From positions 65,410,001 to 65,474,000 of the forward strand of contig OX597818.1 in assembly GCA_951406725.2 (NCBI GenBank): a DNA stretch of 64,000 bases, in the 5' to 3' direction. Positions 1 through 14,106 of this stretch are shown piece after piece. The notes under the pieces were generated by a model that saw nothing but the letters and a program-made list of their open reading frames with translations, was not told the origin of the DNA and did no database searches. A program made the translations under genes and the position numbers. Numbering within the stretch: position 1 is the stretch's first letter; the number at the start of each line of letters is the position of its first letter. This stretch comes from Octopus vulgaris (lineage: Eukaryota).

Positions 1-1060
1 AAAAGATTTCTTATCTTTTTCTTGGTCACTTATTGGCTGGATTTTGGTTTATAATTGCGTTTGTAGCTGCTGAAGACACCCTGAATGTTTCCTTCAATGG
101 TTGGCTAGTTTATGCACTATTTCGCTTTTAGTCTTTCAGCAGAGATTGATTTTATATTTTTGATTTCTGCAGGTAGGCATTTGAACAAATGAGGACGTCT
201 AAATATCGGATTAGTACAATAGAGTGTTTTTGCTCGCGATTTTGAATGTGGTATATTTGGCAACTGACAATGCCAACCAGTTGATTTATTAAAATCCTCT
301 CTAATGACAAAATCTGGACTATGCGCCCCCAGGACAATGCATGCTTCAGACAGTAGAAACGCAGACCTTTCAGATGTTCCAAGGAACATAGACTCGAATT
401 TCTTTAAGTTGCGTGGAACATCGTTCAGATGTCGCAACTAACTTAAACACGAATATATTTTACTTGTGAACGTTTGATCTTTTCAAAATCTTCGATGAAA
501 CCGGATGAATTTGGAGATCGAAGCTGTGAAAAATAATGTAATCTGCTCAATGCTATTGTTTTTCATAAATTCAGCATAACTAACGGTTCTCTCGTCACGA
601 ACGTTCGTGCGATCTATCCTACGAGATGTTTACTAGAAAAGGTCATATTTGTAATGTTGACGATTAAAGATGTATCATTTGACATGATGGATTCTCAGCC
701 CTGTACGTCATTAGCGCTCTGAATCATTTTGTATTAGGATGTCAAATATTGCGATTTGTATGTATTTCATTCGTACTGAAGAACCTAGAATTCTGGGGCA
801 TTGAATTATATATAAGTTTTATCTGTACATTGATGAATAAGGTTCAGCTTAATTTTTGGGTGTGGCGACACCTTCTGGAGTTTGGAGAGCCATCAATTCT
901 TTTGTGCCGTCGGCAAATTGGTTGAATTGTTTGAGTGCACCTGTGAGCGTTTACCTAAAAGATGGATGATATATAATAGTAATCCTAGAAGAATACCCTG
1001 CGAAATACGAATTATTACAGGGGAACTTGCAGAGAGGTAAACCTTTGGAGAAATTAGGGA
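1..1060 (-). mobile_element. Degenerate LINE ORF2 (CR1-group) reverse transcriptase and C-terminus remnant
   Basis: Minus-strand translation across frameshifts gives SQGILLGLLLYII (PQG..LGPLLF), FADGTK (FADDTK), IARTFVTREPLVML..LSRLHYFSQLRSP, and KTLYCTNPIFRRPHLFKCLPAEIKNI; collinear with the LINE at 49675-51150. Confidence 0.8.
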
Positions 1061-1201
1061 TCCTGATATTCACCAAATTCTATAAAGCGAGCACTTTGAA
1101 AAATGTTGTCAAAAGATAAACATGATTATCCCATATTAAAACTGTACAACTGTGCAATCGAGAGAGGAGTAAGAGAAAAAAAACAATTGGTATTTCAAAT
1201 C

Positions 1202-1280
1202 TATAATAATAATAATAATAATAAAAATAATAATCATAATCATAACTACAACAACAACAATAAAATTGATAATAATAATG
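1202..1280. repeat. (AAT)n/(AAC)n microsatellite
   Basis: Directly visible. Confidence 0.9.
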
Positions 1281-1500
1281 AAGCAAAACAACACCACCTA
1301 ATAATATCGCAAGTACTAGGATTGTAAAACACTAAGGTAAGCGAGACATGGACAACAAAAGTGAAGTAAGTAACACGCCATATCTGATTTTTACGTGAAG
1401 CCCTTTCATAACAGTGAAAATATGAACACGAAAACCGACTACAGTACATGCCCAAGGCATACAGAGCTGCAACAGCTCTGTATGATAAAAATAAAGTATA

Positions 1501-1711
1501 AGCAGGTGTGCTTATACTGTGCTTCGTGGTAAGTAAATTGCTTACCAACCACATGGTTGCGGGTTCAGTCCCACTCCGTGGCACCTTGGGCTAACGTCTT
1601 CTACTATAGCCTCGAGCCAACCGAAGACTTGTGAGTGGTTTTGATAGTTGGAATCTGAAAGAAGCTCGTCGTACATATGTATATATATATATGTATGTAT
1701 ATATGTATGTA

Positions 1712-1786
<75 letters not shown>

Positions 1787-1791
1787 ATATG

Positions 1792-1837
<46 letters not shown>

Positions 1838-2036
1838 TATTTTTTTGTTCTGTTTGTCTGTGTTTGAGTTCCTGCGTTTCCACCTCCCCCATCGCTTGAC
1901 AACCGATGTGAATACTTTTAATCGCATCCTTTCGGGGTCGATTAAATAAGTACCAGCTACGCACTAGTCGATATAATCGACTGTCCACCTCTCCAAAAGT
2001 TTCGCGCCTTGTGTGCAGATTAGAAAAGATTATTAT
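1501..2036 (+). mobile_element. Chimeric SINE: family A tRNA head/body with expanded internal (TA)n, joined to a family B 3' part
   Basis: 1501-1910 matches the SINE at 48512-48919; 1925-2036 (catcctttcggggtcgattaaataagtaccag...) matches the SINE at 45980-46360. Confidence 0.8.
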
Positions 2037-3062
2037 TTTACTCTTCATATACTCAATTTACTATGAATCTTTTCAGTAAATCTATTATTATATATTACAG
2101 AACCCTCATATAGTTTTGTACGAAACCTGTAACTCACAGTTGAAATCCAATTATATACAATTTTGTTTCCGTTATCCGTATGTGATAAGCTTATGTCAGT
2201 TAGATTGCCATCACACGGTAAGAAATCATGATATAAGTAGTACCCGAGGGTTATAATTATGAAAAATTGATATCTAGCACGGAATTATATATACATGCAA
2301 TGAGATAAATATCTAGTTTCGTAGACACATGCACACACACATACACACCCACGCACGCACGCACACATACACACATACACACAAAGCTTTAGTTACTGTG
2401 TTAACGTAATAATTGCCTTGCGTTTACGAACGATAAAGATCTTATTTCCACGTCAATCCAATGATAATAGGACATTGTAAGGATCTCGAATATTAACACC
2501 TGGAATGCCGAGAGCCACAGGAAGGAAGAATATAAGGTTAGGAATGTTTTAAAGTGTCATAGGAAAAAAAAAAAGAGGCAATTTAACGTGGAATGGAAGT
2601 ACGTGTATGAGACAACGTGAACAGAATTATTTGTACGTATTCATACGTGCTTCTACCCGTACGCACATGCACTCTCTGTCTCTCTGTCTCTCTCTCACAC
2701 ACACAAACACACACACACGCACGCACACACACACGCACACACACATATCATTAAACAGGAATATCGTTGCTTTCAAATGTTGGTGCAAGATCAGCAATTT
2801 ATGGGGAGATTGCATGTCTCGGTTTGCTTCCGGTTCAGCCAGCTCAACGCCTTAAACAGAAACGTTATTTCATAGCGATTTCGAAAATTCGGCATGCTAA
2901 ATTATCGATAGACCGCAGTCCGACAATATCCTGGCTAGCCTAAACTTCGAAATCACTGTCAATAATATTCTTGTCTGAAAATAATATATTCGTACTCTAC
3001 AAAATGTTAGACTAACTGGATTAATGTAAAATTGTTTTTATTGTATTTTTTAAAATTATTAT

Positions 3063-3238
3063 ATGGCGGTGAGCCGGCATAATTGGCCAGGCAAAATGCT
3101 TAGCGTTATTTTGTCCGCGTTTAAAATCTTAGTTCGAATTCCGTGTCGATAAAGTAAGTACAGGTGACCAATGGAGCGATGCTATAGACAATCTCTGTCT
3201 CCCAAATTTCAGGCCTTGAGCCTAGAGCAGAAAGGATA
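3063..3238 (+). mobile_element. tRNA-derived SINE family B, diverged
   Basis: ggcggtgagccggc..aaaatgcttagc..gttcgaattccg..gtcgataaagtaagtac..gccttg..agaaaggat; homologous to 56132-56348. Confidence 0.75.
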
Positions 3239-3278
3239 ACTGAATCTAAAAACATGCATGAATATCTATACGAAAACG

Positions 3279-3369
<91 letters not shown>

Positions 3370-3482
3370 ATGTATGTCTGTCTATCTATCTATCTATTTG
3401 TCTGTCTATCTATCGATCTATCTATCTCTCTATCTACCTATCTATCTATATGTATGTCTGTCTATCTATCTATTTATCTATC
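3279..3482. repeat. (TCTA)n microsatellite
   Basis: Directly visible. Confidence 0.95.
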
Positions 3483-4128
3483 AAACTCTCTTTCTATCTC
3501 TGATTCTCTCTGCCTGTCTGCCTGTTCCACTGTGAGGGTGTATATATATCATATATATATATATGTGTGTGTTTGTATGCATTTATATGCATATTTGTAT
3601 ATATATAAACTCACACACGTCTGTCTCATTCTTTCCTCTCTTGATCTTTTGCCGCAAATTGAATGCTATCATGTAACTAACACACTAGTCACTACAAATG
3701 TACAAACACAAAGAACTATGACACAGTTTGTATTGCATTTTATTAGCTCGTTTCAATGAGTCAGACATTGGCGGTTTATTATTCCGATAATGTTTTACGT
3801 TTGCGATAAGTTTCGCTTAAATATAGCAAAGCCAGTTGAGATTAACTTGATTATACTTCTAACGGTTACAGATTAGAGAAAGAAATTAATATGAGATACA
3901 CAGAATTCTAAAGAGTATTGATTGAGCAAAGTGTTGATAAATGAGATAGAAAACTGGTAGAAGAGATACCCCGTAAAAGTTACACAACAAGACTTTATTA
4001 TATATCGTCTCAAATGTCTGAAATAACAGCAGACACATGTCACGAAACTGAAATCCTTATCGCCGATCTATGTATATATGTATATACATATATGGATATC
4101 TATATATATTATGTCAGGTCACTTTTGA

Positions 4129-4649
4129 GAGCTACTCGGTAACATTTAACCTAGTACAATCTGTGGGGTCGTTGGCGACTAAACCAGCAACCCCACCAAG
4201 CTTGCTTGGTGAGGAGGGTATTTATTGGACACCCTGGGGATGAAAAACAAAACCCGTCGAAGGGTGGAGGAACTCGTGAGAGTCAACGGCCATCCAATAA
4301 ATGTCTTAAGGCATTCCCGAGGACATAGAAATAATCGGACTGAAAACCCGATCGCGCGGTTAAACCATTGGGAGTGAAGGACATCTAGCCTTTGTTAGGG
4401 CATCCTTCTGGTAGAAGGTAGCTCAGGAAACTGGGATAACTTCGACATAAAACCTGCGGCTCATTGGTTACTGATGATGCTGGCTTGTCCTTCTTTTCGG
4501 ATTATGGCTGCTGTTGCTTACTGAGTGAGATTGACTCAGTGCACAGCCTTTCGTCACTTTAAAAAATATCTTGCACATGCATTGCACGAAAACAATATTA
4601 ATTAAGCTTCGTGCAATGGCCATACTCGTTAAAGAGGGGGCAGCCACCA
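4129..4649 (+). mobile_element. ~520-bp non-coding dispersed repeat, possibly derived from an RTE LINE 5' region (copy 1)
   Basis: Collinear and highly similar to 52191-52730; contains gggcatccttctggtagaagg...aaaacc, reminiscent of RTE 5' UTR motifs. Confidence 0.65.
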
Positions 4650-5460
4650 AATATATATATGTGTGTGTTTGTGTGTGTGTATATATGTATATGCATATTT
4701 ATATATTCATAAATATAGAAGGTACGCATTTATATGTTCATATACCTTGGTGGACGTGTATGAATGTATGTGTGCATATACATAAATATCAATATTTCCA
4801 TATGTATATATATATATGATGATAAATCTCAGAGCGAGTTATATATATATGTATATATATATATATATATATATGTACATATATATATATATTTACATAT
4901 ATATACTGTATATATATATGTATAAATATATATATATGTACATATATATATATGTATGTATTATTCTGTATATTAACTGGGACATCTTTGTTATGCACAC
5001 AGATGTGTAGACGAATCTATGAAACGTATATTTATATTTCAACTGCAAGAAATATGAGCTAATTTATTCCAATCCTTCCCTTTGTATCGAATATAAACTT
5101 TGAACATTGTGTATTACAATTCGAGATATTGTTTCAAAAAACAATATCATGAGGGTATTGATAGTATTTTAAGTCCATTGTTTATGTTTCTACTACTTTA
5201 AAATTTTATATGTACACATGAAGCAACAATTCTTCGCATAATATATCCTCGTTTGTCTAACAATCGCTTTGTGGGCAGAGCTATACTATCTAATACTAGT
5301 GTAGATCGGATTTATTCTATACTCTTAATGTTTTTTTTTTAATATTTTCTACTGATGTTATCCATCAGAGAACTTCTATACGTAATATACGTAATAAAAG
5401 TAGGATATAATAAAAGAATGAGAAGAAAGACAAAATTTATGATGTATAACGTTTAAATAT

Positions 5461-5819
5461 CTCGTGGTGATCTCATTCTCGCCCACAACATCATAAGCGG
5501 AAAGTGTAACCTCTCGAAAGAGCTGTTCTTCACTCCTGCTCCAGAGCGTCGGCTGCGGGGTCATTCCGAAAAGCTCTACCTGCGACGATTTCATCTCAAT
5601 CGAAGGAGAGGAGCTTTCTCCGTCCGGGTTGCGGATCCGTGGAACAAGCTGCCAGACGAGATGGTGAAGATGCCGACGACCGCTTTGTTCAAAGCCTCCC
5701 TGGACCTCAAGTGGCCTGAACTCTTTACATGAACACCACCCTGTACTTAACTCCATGTCCCCCTACATGGCCTTGCTATTTGCTTTTGAGCCAAATTAAC
5801 TAACTAACTAACTAACTAA
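5461..5819 (+). mobile_element. Young 5'-truncated CR1 LINE: ORF2 C-terminus, 3' UTR and (TAAC)n tail
   Basis: Uninterrupted frame 5463-5732: RGDLILAHNII...LRGHSEKL...FSVRVADPWNKLPDEMV...FKASLD...*; GC-rich relative to flanks; ends in taactaactaac. Confidence 0.9.
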
Positions 5820-6290
5820 TTTCTTTTTAACCTAATACGAAAGACAGCAAAAATATGTTTCGCTCTAAATCTGTGCTCATTAGTTACTCATACATTTCAT
5901 TTCAACTTCATAAAACGTGATAACTCGGTCAAGGATGCAAATTACGCCACACATCAAGTTAAGACGTTTCATCTCTTTAGGAAACTTACCCATGAACAGG
6001 ATTCTTTGATATGCTGAGCGTTTGACATCCAGTCGCAGTCCAGTTGTACGGGAGATCATCAGGAGGAAATTACTCCATGAGAAGCTTGCTCTCGACCCAT
6101 AGCATCATGATGTCTTTGCTTTTCATCCCTAAGTATATAAATTCATTTTTACTCATGTTATGTTGCAAGGTTTTCCTACCATGATACTATACAATATTTT
6201 AAAGGTAATCTACAATGATCTGAGTTATTTACTTCCTTCGCCTCTTCTCGGGTGTATCTTGTTGGTAATACAGTTCTATATTTATGACAG

Positions 6291-6808
<518 letters not shown>

Positions 6809-6949
6809 GTAAGGACCCAGCACAATAAACCCAGCACAAAGGCCCAACACAATAGTTGAAGCCATTTGCACAAGGATTCAAGAAGTACGACCGGTGCCAG
6901 GGAAATGTCTTTGGCTAGTAATCGCTTCACCTCTCTGTCACGCCAATTC

Positions 6950-7465
6950 CTATGCATATATGTATGTACATATATATCTATGCATGCATGTATGTATTCA
7001 TGTATGCATGTATGCGTGTATGTTTGCCTGTAAGTACGGATGTATGTAAAGATGTATGCATGCATGTATGCATTCTTGTATGCAGGTATTCTTGATTGCA
7101 TGCACGTTTGTACGTATACATCTATGTATGCATATTCAGGTATGTGTGCATTTATAAACGTATGTATGCATTCATGTATGTATAAATGCATATATGTATG
7201 TATGCATGCATGCATGGATGTATGCATGTATGCCTGCATGTATGTATTATTGTAACTATGTATGTACTCATGCATACATGCTTGTATATATATGTATGCC
7301 TGCATCTGTTGATGTATACACCTATGTATGTATTCATGTATACATTTTGCCTCTATGTTTGTATGCTTGTATGTGTTTATGCATGTATCAATCTATGCTT
7401 GCATTTTATGCATGGATGCACACATGTGTGCATGTATGTACGTATGTGTGTATGTATGTCCGTAT
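6950..7465. repeat. Degenerate (TATG/CATG)n microsatellite
   Basis: Directly visible. Confidence 0.9.
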
Positions 7466-8077
7466 GCTTTCAGACTGTGTGTATTAGTCATCATGATCTT
7501 GATAGAAATTTCAAAGCGCAAAAGTATCCCCACATTTTATTCCAGTGAAGTGTACATCTATTAACTGTGCATATTGTTCTGAATCAACAGCAGAGCTGCA
7601 GAAGTGAAAAGTGTCATGAAATCTATTCGACCGATCTGGTAAAACGCTGGAGATTTAGGAAGCTAATTATGTGAAATACAATTTAATTGATTGAATTATC
7701 CTTTCTCACTTGTATGGCGTTGAAATCACGTACGTATTTTAGGTACCTGAATTTACATCCTCGAGTATGGAACTCACTCGCAATCAGTACACACTTCGCA
7801 TTTACAACTAAGTTAGACTACTAACTAAAATGGTTGATGTATTTAGAATTAGGTGTTATTAATAGCGTTCTATTAGGAAAAGTTACAATGTCTGTACCGT
7901 TTCTTTCAATATTTCGAAGTCCTTCTGACCAAATATTTCGATGAAAAAAACTCTACACGATGAGCATATGAACGGAATTCGCTGTTTTACAATAGAATGT
8001 AGAGATATAACGTTTTTTTATTCGTTACATTATTTATCCATCTATCCATTCGTCCGTTCATCCGTCCGTCCGTCTCT

Positions 8078-8396
8078 CTATGTATGTATGTATGTATGTA
8101 TGTATGTATGTATGTATGTATGTATGTATGTATGTATGTATGTATGTATGTATGTATGTATGTATGCATGTATGTATGTATGTAAGTATGTATGTATGTA
8201 TGTATGTATGTATGAATGTATGTATGTATGTATGTTTGTATGTAAGTATGTTTGTATGTATGTATGTATGTATGTATGTAAGTATGTATGTATGTACGTA
8301 TCTATCTATCTATCTATCTATGTACCCATCTACTTGCCTCTGCTTTTCCCTGTTTGTCTCTTTTTCACTCTCTCTCTTTCTCTCTCTCTCTCTGTC

Positions 8397-8446
<50 letters not shown>

Positions 8447-8475
8447 CAGATGTACTTATATATATATATATATAA
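8078..8475. repeat. Compound (TATG)n,(TCTA)n,(TC)n,(TA)n microsatellite
   Basis: Directly visible. Confidence 0.95.
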
Positions 8476-10382
8476 GGAAGCACGCATGCAAAGCAAATAT
8501 TTTCAGATTTAGTCCCATTGTGCGCCACCTTGGAGAGTGACAACGACCAATTCCTTGACAACCTGTGGTTTTCTTTTATGTCCCTGTAACTAAGCGCTTG
8601 AAATAAACCTGTCTGTAGTTTGTTGATGATACTCGAGTTTGGGAGACTGAATAATGTCGTCTTAATCCAACATTGAACATAGTAGGAGGTACTTTGTCCG
8701 GCAGATTAATTTCATATTTATAACACGACAATAACACTTACATACACAAATACACTCACACACATGCACACACGAACACATACGCGCACAAAAACTCGCA
8801 AATATCCACATTGAATAGCTAGCATGATTTTCCTTGTGATTCTTGGGAAAAGATGTAAGTTTGAGATCGTGTATTTGTATGTGTTTCCCCCCACACACAT
8901 GTTGTGCATTTCTGTATTCCACGCCTTGTCTGCGTGTGTAAGAGCGCATATAACTGTAAGTTGTCATATGTAACGCACATGTGAAAATAATTTGAAATGT
9001 AATCTAGTCATCAAAGTATGAACCTCATCAGGGAGGGAGACAAAGCATTTCAGACCTGCTTAGCTTATAAAAACTTATTTGTTACATAGAATACTGGACT
9101 TCTGCAAGTTTCGTGACTCCTCGGTTGGTGAAGAGCGAGAAATCGTATGCTTCTCCGACGAGGGATTTCCTTTTCACGAGCATCTACTAAATCATCAAAA
9201 CACAGCAGCTAGTAGTTCACAGCGTTACTAACACCTCACCTATTTTCTTGTCCTTTTCCCTTTATTCTATGATTTTCTCCTAATCATGATTAGTAATATA
9301 TTAACCACTCATGTCCACATGTATTTTTCTGCTACACAATATAGCATTTATTAATGAAAAGGACCCTAGATTCTGCTCTCGAATTTCCCCTGAGAATGTC
9401 GAAAACACTTGCTTTCTCCGCAAACAGGTAGAGCTTCACGCCTTCTACAAACTAATACAATAGTAACAACACAAACATATCACATTGCTTTTAACTAATA
9501 AAAATACAAAAACTAAAAACCGTTTATTGAAATTATCGCCAAGCATTTCGTTTCTCAGTAATGATGTTTTAAGGGATGAATGAAGTTCATTTTAATGCTG
9601 GTTAACAGGAATAGAAAAAGAAAGCAAAACAACGAACACACACTATTAAGAACTGTTGATTTGAAAGTTAAAGATCAGTTGCAAATAAAATGTCCACTCT
9701 GATATTAATCATAGCGCGGAAAATGAAATGCGCATTGTGCTATGTGTATTTTCCCTAAAGCGAAATGCCGCGTAACGAAATTGTTTGTAGTTCAGAGTAA
9801 TATTCAAAATTAATCGAGTTATTTAAATTAGTGTTTCAAAGACTGATGAGAATAAAATCTACGTCTAATTCGTGTTGAAAGATAACCTAGAATCGAATTG
9901 ATGTACCATAAATAGACTATATCTGACTTTTTGGTCGTTACATTAGCCCGTCTGCTTTCAGAAGGTCTCCGTCTATCTCGAGGCAAAATATCAGTGTTTT
10001 CCTTCATACATACTAGTTGGATGAAATTTTCGTGTGAGTTCTATTAATCGTATGAAGTTAGAGGTTATCGATATAACAATTATACGAGAAACCTATTGCC
10101 CTCCATATCACAGTCAAGAAACGACCGTCACATGACAGTCTCACTGTGTTTTTGATGTTTCATTTGATTCCCTGTTTTTTGTTAGATTCCTGTCTTCAAA
10201 GAAAAGAAGAGCATTCAACAAATCACTCTGGTACGAGTTTGCAAAACGTCCCTTTCTTAGTTTACAAGTTCAAAATAAAGGAGATTTGAATGTCATTAGG
10301 AACGAACGTGAAAACCGCATCTCACTAAGAATAATTTCTGTAACTCATGTAATGTTTGTAGGAGCATTCCAAATTATTGCAT

Positions 10383-10390
10383 ATCTATCA

Positions 10391-10466
<76 letters not shown>

Positions 10467-10487
10467 GTAACCATATATGTATGTATG

Positions 10488-10571
<84 letters not shown>

Positions 10572-10640
10572 AGTGTGAGTGTGTGTGTGTGTGTGTGTGT
10601 GAGTGTGTGTGTGAGTGTGTGTGTGTGTGTGTGTGTTTGT
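10383..10640. repeat. Compound (TCTA)n,(TA)n,(TG)n microsatellite
   Basis: Directly visible. Confidence 0.95.
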
Positions 10641-10845
10641 GTGCTGAAATATGAATTAGTAGCAGTTCGGGCTATATACACAAAGTCGGACACACACACA
10701 CGATGTGTATGTGTTGTTAGTTTGACGGGTGGCTGCGTTTAATAGGCGTAAGAGAATATAACCCCAAAGCCCTTTACATCTAGAGTATCTATTTGTGTCT
10801 CTCTGTCTATCTGTGTGTTTGTCTCTGTATATATATATACATACA

Positions 10846-10891
<46 letters not shown>

Positions 10892-13534
10892 GAGAGAGAG
10901 AGATTTGTACACACAAAACCTCTATAGGAGAAAGTGCCATATGCGCAGTATCACCTGATTTCTTAATATCATAGCCATTCAAATTCTACCATTTTTTGTG
11001 CTGTGCACAAAATAAGTTTGTATAATTTACGATATGCAAAAGAATTTATTCATTATTATCAAAATTTATTTGAATCCTATATGCGTTACATTTATCACCG
11101 CAAATAGAATTCTATGAATACAAATTGTTAATAAATGCTTCGAAGTTTGTGTTTTCTTTCATTTAAAATCTACCGCTAATCGGTTCGATCCAAATAAAAT
11201 ATATATTCTCCTTTAATACATATTCATTGTAGGTGTGAGACATAAAACGATGAACAAAACATTTGTATTTGATATTTAATCTTTTAGATGTTTGCCGGAA
11301 AAACATCAAAGATATATTGAAGGGCCAGTCAATGTTTGCGATTAAACGGCGGTGATATATTACAATATTTTTAATATTCATTGGTTAGAAATGTATTACT
11401 AAATCCATAAATATTACTAAATACATTTCAACTGTTAAATGTTTATTTTAGATATTTAGAAAAGGAAATAATCCTTCTCTTCACAAACACATCTTAGGAT
11501 CGACGAATTTTGTATAAAACCAGATAAAAAGGGAATGATTGTTTCTCAAAATTTACTAGTCAGCTTGATAGGTTTCTGTATCATATATAGTTTCAACGTT
11601 ATGTGGCATACACTATCTTTTGCGGAGAAATATTCTTTCCTCTTGCAAAAATACGCAAAGTTTTACTGAATCGAAATTAAGTACGTTTCATAAAGAACTT
11701 GAACAATAGTAAATATGTTAGCTTTCCTAATCCACGTAAATTCACATTGTTATCGGGAATTTAGCAAAAGCTCCTAGAAGAATTTCGTTATTCGAAGGAA
11801 ATGAAACGGTTTACCACAAATTCCTTCCAGGCTTATCTTCCAACATCATCGTGCTATGAGGTCTTTTTAAATCTATTTTCTTCCAGCCAACTTATATTCC
11901 TCAATCCATATGAAGTTGCTTTTCTGATATATGATTGTACAGAATGATATCCTTGCTATATATATATATCCCGGGCCAATGCCTTCACGTTTGCCGGCGG
12001 CATCGTGCCAATTACTACATCTCATGTGAAGATCATTGCGCATGGAAAGAAATGAATTTCGTTATTGGCTAAATGAAAGATAACTGAGAAATATGATTTA
12101 TCGTTTTCCTCTGATGACAAGAGGGGGCAGAATAATAGAAGTGGTGTTGTACTTATAACAGGCCTTAGGAAGAAATTTTATTCAAACGCAAAGATCATAT
12201 AGCCTCGCTCAATAAGGATGCTCATGATCTAGATGGTAATTTTTCTGTTCAAATGAGCTCAACGACAGATGGAAATAAATGCTCTGTACCGTTGGCAAAA
12301 AACTTAGTTAATTACAGTCTTATATTACAAAGAAGACGGTTGTTAATGAAGCAATTCGAAGAAATTAAATAACGGCGACAATGCTTCGTGAGGTATTTAC
12401 CAATACCATGCATGCTTTCGCATGACGACGGGCCGAATAATATTAATTTTCAGTATTTTTTTTCTAGGGCCCCGTACAATACATATCAGTCAACACCGTC
12501 GTTGTTATAATCAGATCTACAATAGAATGCAAAATGTGAGATAGCATTTCTCGTTTAGAAATCATTATTTCCTATAACATGCAATATGATAATGAAATAT
12601 TGAATTACTGCAAATTACTTAATTGCATTTCCTTCGAATAACGAAGTATATTCTTCTAGGAATTTTTGTTAAATTACCAATTATAAATTCTGAATTTGCG
12701 TACATGCAATCAATTGTTAATCATTTTAAAATGAGTCATTATAAACAGCGAAATACGCAATTTCATTTATTTCATATTATTTAGAAAATAACAGATTCAT
12801 TTCGTGACAATTTGCAAGCATTAATACCAAGGAACAATTTAACTCAAGTATATATTTTAATTCCAATTTTCGCATCATTCTCTATTTATATTATTTATTC
12901 TAAGTTTTTGTTTCCATTTTTAGATACTTGCTGTTTTTATTGTCCTTATTGTTCTGTTTCCAGGTTTTCTATTATTTTTTTTTCTGTTCAATTATACAAT
13001 TATGTTTCCAACAAATAAATATTTTAACAGTATAAATTGTTCTTGTAAATTTTCAATCTAACATGCCTGATTACTTTCACGCCCAGTTTATTAGTTTTGT
13101 GTCTCTTCTTGGTTTCTTTCCACCATTTCGCGGACGAATATTTCCAGAGACTCAAAATAGCGAAAGACACTACTGCAGAGAAGTGGACTATTAAATCCAT
13201 GAAACTAGTAAATGTATGAACACCAATAATCAAATGTATTGGAAAACATATCGTCAGCAGTAAATAAAGAAAAATCATGGTAAAAGATCGAAATCCGTGT
13301 AGGAATCAAATTTGTTTGTGTCTACGAAAAGTAAAAAAAAAATTACGAAAAAGAACATGCAATTTAATTTCCATGAAAAAATAACACATGCATATACTTC
13401 AATATCAGCATAAAAATAAGGACAAAATTACGAAATCCACTTTTCTAAGAATATTCGCTACAATGGTCTCTTAGGCAATGTGTTTATAATTAGTTTAATG
13501 CTAGTTTTATTTATCAGCATATATTTATTATATA

Positions 13535-13565
13535 CTAGTAAAGAAACCCGGCTTTGCTCTGTATT
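13535..13565 (-). mobile_element. Possible Helitron 3' terminus fragment
   Basis: Minus strand reads agagcaaagccgggtttcttta-CTAG|T, like the Helitron end at 59350-59377. Confidence 0.4.
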
Positions 13566-13580
13566 AATAATGATATAGTT

Positions 13581-13640
<60 letters not shown>

Positions 13641-13641
13641 T

Positions 13642-13870
13642 AGAATTTTTTGCGTAATAAGATAAAAAAAAGCAAGGCTGTATAGATATTAGAGCACTTT
13701 CTAGGTAGGTCTTACAGATGTTTCTAGGATATTAATTAGTAATATCCCTTCATCGGAGACGCGGGGATATTATTAATTGATATCCTAGAAACAGCTGTAA
13801 GAACTTCTATCTATAAATGCTCTAATATCTATACAGCCTTGGTTTTTTATCTCATTACGCAAAAAATTCT
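13642..13870. mobile_element. Palindromic Penelope-like element terminus (inverted pseudo-LTR) next to (TA)n
   Basis: ~105-bp inverted arms around ttcatcggagacgcg; a second copy of the left arm lies at 48483-49010; contains a hammerhead-like motif. Confidence 0.75.
13709..13760 (-). ncRNA. Type-I minimal hammerhead ribozyme-like motif (variant core CCGAUGA)
   Basis: gtct-CCGATGA-agggatatt actaatt aatatccta-GAAAC atct GT A-agac; the other arm retains palindromic stem III ACAGCTGT. Confidence 0.55.
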
Positions 13871-14005
13871 TATATACACACACTGACATAGAACTAAAGT
13901 TGAACTCATTATTCGCAATATTACCGAATCTGGAACTTAACTATGGTCTGTCTATAGCACATATTCAGCATTACCTGACACCTTTGGGTCTCAATGATAA
14001 CATTA

Positions 14006-14106
<101 letters not shown>

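Noticed and set aside
9089-9230. GC-richer stretch with open frames after a possible AG acceptor
   Set aside because: No recognisable protein motif in any frame and no partner exon.
12085-12300. Possible RTE endonuclease remnant (SSDDKRGQNNRSGVVLI)
   Set aside because: Too degenerate to support by eye.
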